NCBI GenBank assembly: GCA_018830005.1
Contig: JAHJTE010000002.1
Span: forward strand, 7,053 to 71,052
Direction of reading: 5' to 3'
DNA length: 64,000 nucleotides
Source of the DNA: Candidatus Omnitrophota bacterium
GTDB lineage: Bacteria > Omnitrophota > Gorgyraeia > JAHJTE01
Shown here: in pieces, positions 57,752-64,000 of the stretch
How positions within the stretch are numbered: position 1 is the stretch's first letter
Layout: each line of letters opens with the position of its first letter
Notes under the pieces: generated by a model
What the model was told of the DNA's origin: nothing
Seen by the model: only the letters and a program-made list of their open reading frames with translations
The model's database searches: none
Position numbers and translations under genes: made by a program

Positions 57752-57768
57752 GCTGAATTGGAAAAATC

Positions 57769-57807
57769 TAAGGCTCGAGACTTTAAATAGGCTTGAGCCT
57801 TATTTTT
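57769..57807 (+). terminator. Intrinsic terminator-like hairpin
   Basis: TAAGGCTCGAG...CTTGAGCCTTA followed by T5. Confidence 0.65.
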
Positions 57808-57821
57808 AAAGGAGATATTTC

Positions 57822-58034
57822 ATGCATAAAGGAAAAATAAAAAGACTGGTTCGCGATAAGGGTTTTGGTTTCATCAGCGTACTTGATGGAAGGGATATAT
57901 TTTTCCACCAGAATAGCGTATTAGATACTAACTTTGAAGATCTTAAAGAGGGTCAAGAAGTTGAGTGCGAAGTTGAAAAAAGTCCAAAGGGTCCACGCGC
58001 ACTTAATGTACGTATTGTCGCAGAAGCAGCTTGA
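57822..58034 (+). CDS. Cold-shock domain protein (divergent)
   Basis: KGFGFI, DIFFH and KGPRALNV motifs. Confidence 0.9.
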   Translation: MHKGKIKRLVRDKGFGFISVLDGRDIFFHQNSVLDTNFEDLKEGQEVECEVEKSPKGPRALNVRIVAEAA

Positions 58035-58144
58035 CTTAGTCCACCAGACATACCTACGACACACAACTGTTTAATTTCCAATAGGTCATAATTTTCTTAT
58101 CTAAGGAAGTTGAGCATGGCATTTAAAAAATGTTTAAATTAATG

Positions 58145-58175
58145 AGCAACTCTTTTTCTAAAGGGTTGCTTTTTT
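58145..58175 (+). terminator. Intrinsic terminator
   Basis: AGCAACTCTTT-TTCT-AAAGGGTTGCT followed by T5. Confidence 0.75.
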
Positions 58176-58198
58176 GTTTATAGCTAAAAGGAGACAGT

Positions 58199-58612
58199 AT
58201 GAAAAGGCTATTAATAATTGCATTGGCATTATCATTTGTATTCTCTGCAACACCTTTGTTTGCTGCCGAAGGAGGAGAAAAAGGCGCCAGTAAAAAGGCC
58301 TATGAGCATGCAAGCGATGAAGCGGTATTCAATAGGGTGAGTGATTGGTTTGCTACAAGAGGCAAGTCCAAGGAAGAAAAAGAAGCAATAATAGCTGAGC
58401 GTAAGGCAAAAAGGGCAGTAAAACAGGCTGCAAAAGAGACTAAGAAGGCGGAAATAGAACTAAAAAAACAAGAAATGGAAACCAAGAAAGAGACGAAAAA
58501 AATAGAAAAGCAAACAAGAGAACAAGTAAGGACTACAGAACGCGAGACTAAAAGAGTAAGCAAAAAAGCTGAAGGAAAAATGAAAGGCCTAAAAAAGGGT
58601 TGGAAAAAATAA
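58199..58612 (+). CDS. Secreted Lys/Glu-rich hypothetical protein
   Basis: Signal peptide; charged helical tail. Confidence 0.7.
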   Translation: MKRLLIIALALSFVFSATPLFAAEGGEKGASKKAYEHASDEAVFNRVSDWFATRGKSKEEKEAIIAERKAKRAVKQAAKETKKAEIELKKQEMETKKETKKIEKQTREQVRTTERETKRVSKKAEGKMKGLKKGWKK

Positions 58613-58639
58613 TATTAAAAAGAGGTAAGGAGGTATAAG

Positions 58640-59446
58640 GTGGACAATCTTTTCTTAAAGCCCTTAGAGATATCAAAGGCACTAAGTAGAATTGGCGAAA
58701 GAAAAGCAAAAGAAACAATATTTGAACTCTTCATCTTTGGGATTCTTGCTGGTATCTACATTTCCTTTGGCGCTCATGCTGCAATTGCTATTTTAAGCGG
58801 AGGGACCCTTGATCCAGGTCTGGCAAAATTCCTTGCCGGAAGCGTCTTTAGTGTAGGACTGATGTTGGTACTCATTCCCGGTTCAGAACTCTTTACCGGG
58901 AACATCCTCATGACCATAGGCTTTATCTATCGAAAATATTCCTTTGCAAAGGTCTTTCGTAATTTGTTTGTAGTCTATTTCAGCAATCTATTGGGCGCTT
59001 TAATCATCGCCTGGTTTGTCTATAAGAGCGGTCTGCTTATGCAGGGCAATGCCTTAACCTCAATGGGCGCTGTTGCAGTTAACATCTGCGAAACAAAATT
59101 AGGTTTGAGTTTTACAGAGGCACTCTGCAGAGGAATCTTATGCAATATGCTAGTTTGTCTTGCAGTAATAATGTGTATCGCTGCAAGGTCAATAGCAGGT
59201 AAGATTTTTGGCATATATTTCCCAATTATGGTCTTTGTTGCCTCTGGCTATGAACACAGTGTAGCTAATATGTATTTCCTGCCAATAGGCCTGATGTTAA
59301 AAGGAGAGTTCTTTTCTAACTTTTCTTCAATGTTTACTAACCTCATACCCGTAACCATTGGAAACATTATAGGAGGTTTGTTAATTGTCCTGTTACATCC
59401 AAAGGCTGAGGAAAAGATCGTTAGTACTCTGATGGGCAAAAAATAA
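58640..59446 (+). CDS. Formate/nitrite transporter (FNT)
   Basis: GSELFTGN, LCNMLVCLA, GYEHSVANM and TIGNIIGG motifs. Confidence 0.93.
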   Translation: MDNLFLKPLEISKALSRIGERKAKETIFELFIFGILAGIYISFGAHAAIAILSGGTLDPGLAKFLAGSVFSVGLMLVLIPGSELFTGNILMTIGFIYRKYSFAKVFRNLFVVYFSNLLGALIIAWFVYKSGLLMQGNALTSMGAVAVNICETKLGLSFTEALCRGILCNMLVCLAVIMCIAARSIAGKIFGIYFPIMVFVASGYEHSVANMYFLPIGLMLKGEFFSNFSSMFTNLIPVTIGNIIGGLLIVLLHPKAEEKIVSTLMGKK

Positions 59447-59513
59447 ACTCAACAAATAACCAGTTATATAGATTGCAGTAAATCCTGCCAAACAGCCTAT
59501 TTGGGAGATTTAT

Positions 59514-59948
59514 ATGGGTGATAAGAACCAAAAGAGCTTTATATGTACGGATTGTTTCCGGCTCAAAAGATGCAAAGAACCGCTCGCCTCATGGCTGTTT
59601 TTTAGTATTGCAATTATTGCGGTTATTTCGCTCAGGGCTGTAAATATCTTTATAGATTTTAATCCTCTAATTGCCAAGACACTCTGGTATGTTGGCGTAA
59701 CAGGATTTTTGGTATTCTTTATATATAAATTCCACCACCACAACATCTTACACAGAGAGCTTAATAAAACAAATCTTGTGGAGAAACTACTCAGTAAAGA
59801 GAAGCTTTCTGAGCATGATTATGAAGTCCTAGGAACCATCCTTTGTAGCTTAAGTTCAAAAAAGGACAAGATAAATTATTTCCTTATATTCTTTTTTTCA
59901 GCGGTGGCTCTAATAATAGCAATATATGCTGATTTCTTTAAAAGGTAG
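59514..59948 (+). CDS. Hypothetical membrane protein with N-terminal CxxC-x5-C
   Basis: CTDCFRLKRC followed by 3 TMs. Confidence 0.65.
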   Translation: MGDKNQKSFICTDCFRLKRCKEPLASWLFFSIAIIAVISLRAVNIFIDFNPLIAKTLWYVGVTGFLVFFIYKFHHHNILHRELNKTNLVEKLLSKEKLSEHDYEVLGTILCSLSSKKDKINYFLIFFFSAVALIIAIYADFFKR

Positions 59949-59965
59949 AACAAAGGAGGAGTAAA

Positions 59966-60544
59966 ATGGCTAAATCAATCAAAGGAACGAAAACCGAGAA
60001 TAATTTATTGGCAGCCTTTGCAGGTGAATCGCAGGCAAGGAATAGATATACATATTTTGCCAGCGCTGCCAGAAAAGTAGGTTATGAGCAAATTGCCAAT
60101 ATATTTACCGAAACAGCTGAAAACGAAAAAGAACACGCCAAGGTATTCTTTAAGTATCTTGAAGGCGGCGATCTAGCAATTACTGCATCTTACCCAGCAG
60201 GAGCAATAAAAGAAACAAAAATCAATTTAGAAGCTGCTGCTGATGGTGAGAAACTAGAATGGACAACCCTTTATGCAAACTTTGCAAAGATTGCCAAAGA
60301 TGAAGGTTTTACTGAAGTAGCTCAATCCTTTGAACAGATTGCCAAGGTAGAGAGATTTCATGAAACAAGATACAGAAAGCTAATCGCCAACCTAGACAAA
60401 GACAGCGTATTTAAGAAGGCTAAACCAGTGAAATGGCATTGTATTAACTGCGGTTACGTCTTCGAAGGTGAAGAAGCACCCCAGGAATGTCCTGCCTGCA
60501 AGCATCCACAGGCGTTCTATGAAGTTCTGGCTGAGAATTACTAA
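59966..60544 (+). CDS. rbr: Rubrerythrin
   Basis: AFAGESQARNRY, EKEHA, ERFH and CINCGY...CPAC motifs. Confidence 0.95.
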   Translation: MAKSIKGTKTENNLLAAFAGESQARNRYTYFASAARKVGYEQIANIFTETAENEKEHAKVFFKYLEGGDLAITASYPAGAIKETKINLEAAADGEKLEWTTLYANFAKIAKDEGFTEVAQSFEQIAKVERFHETRYRKLIANLDKDSVFKKAKPVKWHCINCGYVFEGEEAPQECPACKHPQAFYEVLAENY

Positions 60545-60549
60545 TAACT

Positions 60550-61773
60550 ATGAAATACAAAAGACCTGAGTTAATATCACCAGCAGGTGACTGGTGTAGT
60601 CTAAATACAGCAATAGAAGCAGGGGCTGATGCTGTGTATTTCGGCATAAAGAACCTAAATATGCGGCATTGGGCCTGTAATTTTGATATGCTTGAAATAA
60701 AAAAGGTAATCTCTGTTTTGCATGATAATGGAAAAAAAGGCTATCTTGCGTTAAACACCATTATGTATAACAATGACATCAAAAAGATAAAGAAGATCTT
60801 AAGTATAGCCAAAAAAGCAGAGGTTGATGCGGTTATACTTTGGGATATGGCAGTGCTTAAACTTGCAAAAGAGCTAGGCCTGCGCATACATCTATCAACA
60901 CAGGCAAGCGTTGCGAACTTTACAGCGCTTAAATTTTATCATTCATTAGGCGTTAAAAGGATTGTTCTTGCAAGGGAATGTGGATTTCTTCAGATAAAGG
61001 AGATAATTAACAGTGTAGGAAAAGAAAACCTAGATTGTGAAATAGAGGTCTTTGCCCATGGGGCCTTATGCGTCAGTATATCCGGGAGATGTTTTCTTTC
61101 GCATAGTTCATTCTCAAAATCAGCAAACAGAGGTATGTGCCTTCAGCCATGCAGGCGTAAGTTTTTAATAAAAGACATAGAAGAAAAGAACAATGAATAT
61201 ATCTTAGGCCAGGATTATGTGCTAAGCGCGAAGGATCTGTGCACAATAGAATTTATTGATAAATTAATACAGTCTGGTATAAGCGCCTTTAAAATAGAAG
61301 GCAGGATGCGCTCTGCAGAATATGTAGGAGAGGTTACTTCTAGTTACAGACAGGCAATGGATTCTTTTTTTAATGGCGGTCTTACCCCCCGTAAGAAAAA
61401 ATCCCTCAAAAAGAGACTTTCAGCAACCTTTAACAGAGGCTTTAGCCATGGTTTTTTCTTCTCCCAGCCTAATGATACGGGCAGTGAAAAAGGCACAAGT
61501 GGCTATGAAAAGGTTTTTGTGGGCAATGTAGTTAAGTTCTATAATAAAATAAGCGTTGCAGAAGTCTCAGTAATAAACCAAGGTTTAAGAAAAGGTCAGA
61601 ATATATTAATCTATGGAAAAAATACTCCAGCCAGGGTTGTAGCGGTGGCTGAAATGCACCAAAACCACAATCAAATAGATTATGCAAAGAAGGGAGAGCG
61701 AATCGGCATAAAATTACCGTTTAGGGCTAGACGTAATGACAAGGTGTTTTTGTATGAGTTGAAAAATGAATGA
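60550..61773 (+). CDS. U32 family Fe-S protein (TrhP/RlhA/UbiU-like)
   Basis: ELISPAG, GADAVYFG, HGALCVSISGRC, NRGMCLQPCR and KIEGR motifs. Confidence 0.9.
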   Translation: MKYKRPELISPAGDWCSLNTAIEAGADAVYFGIKNLNMRHWACNFDMLEIKKVISVLHDNGKKGYLALNTIMYNNDIKKIKKILSIAKKAEVDAVILWDMAVLKLAKELGLRIHLSTQASVANFTALKFYHSLGVKRIVLARECGFLQIKEIINSVGKENLDCEIEVFAHGALCVSISGRCFLSHSSFSKSANRGMCLQPCRRKFLIKDIEEKNNEYILGQDYVLSAKDLCTIEFIDKLIQSGISAFKIEGRMRSAEYVGEVTSSYRQAMDSFFNGGLTPRKKKSLKKRLSATFNRGFSHGFFFSQPNDTGSEKGTSGYEKVFVGNVVKFYNKISVAEVSVINQGLRKGQNILIYGKNTPARVVAVAEMHQNHNQIDYAKKGERIGIKLPFRARRNDKVFLYELKNE

Positions 61774-62515
61774 GATCATACATTTAATTATAGTGTTTTC
61801 TGCAGGGGCTATTGCAGGCTTTATTAATGTTATGGCTGGTGGTGGCTCAGTGTTGACTTTGGGCGTTATGATGCTAATTGGCCTAGATGCACCCATAGCA
61901 AATGGAACAAATAGAATTGGTATACTGGCAGGAGCTATTTCAGGGGCGTCTGCATACAATTCTGAAAAACTTAGCAATATAAAAGAAAGTTTCCTTCTTG
62001 GAATTTGGACTCTGCCGGGCGCAATAATCGGCTCTATTTTTGCTATTAACATTAGTAATCTCCTTTTTCAAAGAATTCTTGCCGGTGTTATGATATTTGT
62101 TGTCATAACCCTGTTTAGACCAATAGCTAATGGACAGAATTCCAAAGAGTTTTCCAAAGGCCGAAATAAGCTTATTTATCCGACAATGTTTCTTATAGGC
62201 TTATATGGTGGTTTTATTCAAGCTGGCGTAGGATTCCTGATTATGTTTTCCTTGCGACATATACTGGGTTTAAGCCTTACAAAAATAAATATTCATAAGG
62301 TTTGCATAATTTTACTGTACACAATCCCTGTTATCTTTATATTTGGGCTTACTAAAAATATTAATTGGATTTATGCAGTTTGCCTAGGTTTAGGCAGCGC
62401 TTTAGGCGCCTGGCTGTCTGTAAAAGTATCAGTCAAGAAGGGTGAGGGAGTTATAAAAATTGTTTTGTGTGTAGCAATTTTACTAATGGCGGCGAAATTT
62501 CTGTTAACTTTTTGA
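61766..62515 (+). CDS. TauE/SafE family permease
   Basis: AGFINVMAGGG, ANGTN and GLYGGFIQAGVG motifs. Confidence 0.9.
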   Translation: MNEIIHLIIVFSAGAIAGFINVMAGGGSVLTLGVMMLIGLDAPIANGTNRIGILAGAISGASAYNSEKLSNIKESFLLGIWTLPGAIIGSIFAINISNLLFQRILAGVMIFVVITLFRPIANGQNSKEFSKGRNKLIYPTMFLIGLYGGFIQAGVGFLIMFSLRHILGLSLTKINIHKVCIILLYTIPVIFIFGLTKNINWIYAVCLGLGSALGAWLSVKVSVKKGEGVIKIVLCVAILLMAAKFLLTF

Positions 62516-62547
62516 AAAATCGCCCTGACTGAAGGGCTCTGTTAAAT

Positions 62548-63465
62548 ATGAGTGACGATAGAGATATTGGTTATGCTATTTTTGGATTTGGATTTGGCAT
62601 CTGGTCTTTCTTTTGGGGATTCAAACGTCTGCGCAGAAAGAGAATGATTGAGAATATCCCCACTTCTACTGTACGTGGTTTAGCCATGGGTTTGGTGGAA
62701 CTTACCGGCAAGGCAAAGAAGACTACTCCTCTAAAAAGTGTCTTTACTAATACCGACTGTGTATTCTATAATTATACAGTGGAGAGGTATCAAAGAAGCG
62801 GCAAATCAGGCCACTGGGTAACAGTTGCTAAAGGCGACAGTGGTGATTGTACATTCTTGCTAGATGACACAACCGGTAAGGTAGCGATTTTACCTAAAGG
62901 CGCTGAATTTATCATGCCTAAGGATTATGAATTCTCCACTGGCTGGGGCAGGCCTATGCCTTCTAATTTACAAGCATTTCTAAATAATAATCATATACAG
63001 TATAATTCATTTATGGGTACATATGCTATGCGCTTTAAAGAATGCTATATCTGTCCAGGTGAGGATATATATGTACTGGGGACAGCTAAAAAGACGCATG
63101 CTGCAGTAGATTCCCATAAGAAAACATTAATGGATCGGATAACGCAATTAAAGAGCAACCCTGAGAAGATGGAAAAGGTTGATCTAAATAAAGACGGTCA
63201 GATTAACGAAGAGGAATGGACTAGGGCTGTAGCTAAAATCGAACAGAATCTCCTGGAAGAGGAGCTAAAAGAGATTCAAAGCAACGAATTAGCTGATGTA
63301 GTAGTAACAAAAGGAGATATGGAAAAGACATTCATCATATCAGACCATAGCCAAAAAGAACTAACTAAGAAATTAACCTGGCAGGCCTTTTCCGGGGTTT
63401 TTGGAGGGGCAGCCTTAACAATAGCAATGCTTTGTTATTTACTGTTTCGTTTTAATATATTTTAG
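62548..63465 (+). CDS. GIDE (MULAN-like) domain membrane protein with EF-hand insert
   Basis: TM, IENIPTSTVRGLAMGLVELTG, FLLDDTTG, EF-loop DLNKDGQINEEEW, FIISD, C-terminal TM. Confidence 0.75.
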   Translation: MSDDRDIGYAIFGFGFGIWSFFWGFKRLRRKRMIENIPTSTVRGLAMGLVELTGKAKKTTPLKSVFTNTDCVFYNYTVERYQRSGKSGHWVTVAKGDSGDCTFLLDDTTGKVAILPKGAEFIMPKDYEFSTGWGRPMPSNLQAFLNNNHIQYNSFMGTYAMRFKECYICPGEDIYVLGTAKKTHAAVDSHKKTLMDRITQLKSNPEKMEKVDLNKDGQINEEEWTRAVAKIEQNLLEEELKEIQSNELADVVVTKGDMEKTFIISDHSQKELTKKLTWQAFSGVFGGAALTIAMLCYLLFRFNIF

Positions 63466-63482
63466 CCAAAAGGAGGTAGCAT

Positions 63483-64000
63483 ATGACGGGGATTATTGTT
63501 TTGGGTATTCTGCTATTTGTTGTTGTAGGGATTATTCTTTATTTTGTATCTCTGTATAACGGCCTGATTAGACTTTCGCGTAATACTGAAAAGGCATGGT
63601 CAAATATTGATGTGTTGTTAAAACAACGCCATGATGAAATACCCAAATTAGTAAAGGTCTGCGAAGGCTATATGAAATACGAAAGAGAGACGTTGGAAAA
63701 GATCACAGCAGCCCGGACAGCCTGTATCAACGCTAAAAACGTAGGCGAGTCATCAAAGGCAGAAGGAGAACTGGGTAAAACACTAAAGACACTTTTTGCC
63801 GTTGCTGAAAATTATCCTGATCTTAAGGCGAACCAGAACTTTACGCAGCTTCAAGGCAGGGTAAGCTACTTAGAAAACCAGATAGCAGACAGGAGAGAAT
63901 TCTACAATGATTCTGTAAATAACTACAATATAAGAATACATCAGCTGCCGGATATGTTTGTTGCGCAAATGTTGAATATGCAATCAAAGGAACTTTTTAA
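63483..64000 (+). CDS. lemA: LemA family protein (runs off window end)
   Basis: YNGLI...AWSNIDVLLKQRHDEIPKLV...AENYPDLKANQNF...RREFYNDSV. Confidence 0.93.
   Translation, partial: MTGIIVLGILLFVVVGIILYFVSLYNGLIRLSRNTEKAWSNIDVLLKQRHDEIPKLVKVCEGYMKYERETLEKITAARTACINAKNVGESSKAEGELGKTLKTLFAVAENYPDLKANQNFTQLQGRVSYLENQIADRREFYNDSVNNYNIRIHQLPDMFVAQMLNMQSKELF

Noticed and set aside
58035-58198. Riboswitch before the secreted K/E-rich gene
   Set aside because: Only a terminator is evident, explainable as the end of the csp transcript.
1-64000. CRISPR array, rRNA, and the many short antisense or alternate-frame ORFs in the track
   Set aside because: No spaced direct repeats, cas genes or rRNA seen; the short ORFs shadow well-supported genes and lack motifs.

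Overview
AT-rich bacterial chromosomal segment with almost all genes on the + strand. The PVC-signature small basic protein (38348-38659), LPS heptose genes and a TonB receptor point to a diderm PVC-superphylum organism, most plausibly Omnitrophota (inference). The first 3.5 kb is accessory: an amber-interrupted HUH/Y1 (RAYT-like) transposase remnant, inward-facing REP-like GGGA(A)CGGTTC motifs bracketing an MNT-HEPN toxin-antitoxin pair, gene fragments, and a secreted YadA-like/peptidase-S74 fibre protein. The rest is mostly housekeeping: a response regulator/HD-GYP/glycolipid operon, a cobamide uptake and salvage cluster with two cobalamin riboswitches, rpsU, aroQ-peptidase M24-efp-accBC-asp23-amaP, PFK, gmhA/rfaE2, thiE/thiC, tRNA-Gly(CCC), nucleotide hydrolases, aroB, exeA/exeB, pyk-lsrF, greA, three cold-shock genes, an atypical purF, FNT, rubrerythrin, U32, GIDE and LemA. 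c-di-GMP signalling is dense (4 PilZ, 2 HD-GYP, one GEMM-I riboswitch). Best leads: (1) the RAYT/REP-like cassette region, (2) a c-di-GMP-I riboswitch with a 29-nt two-hairpin insertion, (3) structured leaders before the csp genes and the RR/HD-GYP operon, (4) a signal-peptide-less beta-hairpin-repeat barrel-like protein. All calls come from motif recognition by eye; no searches were run.
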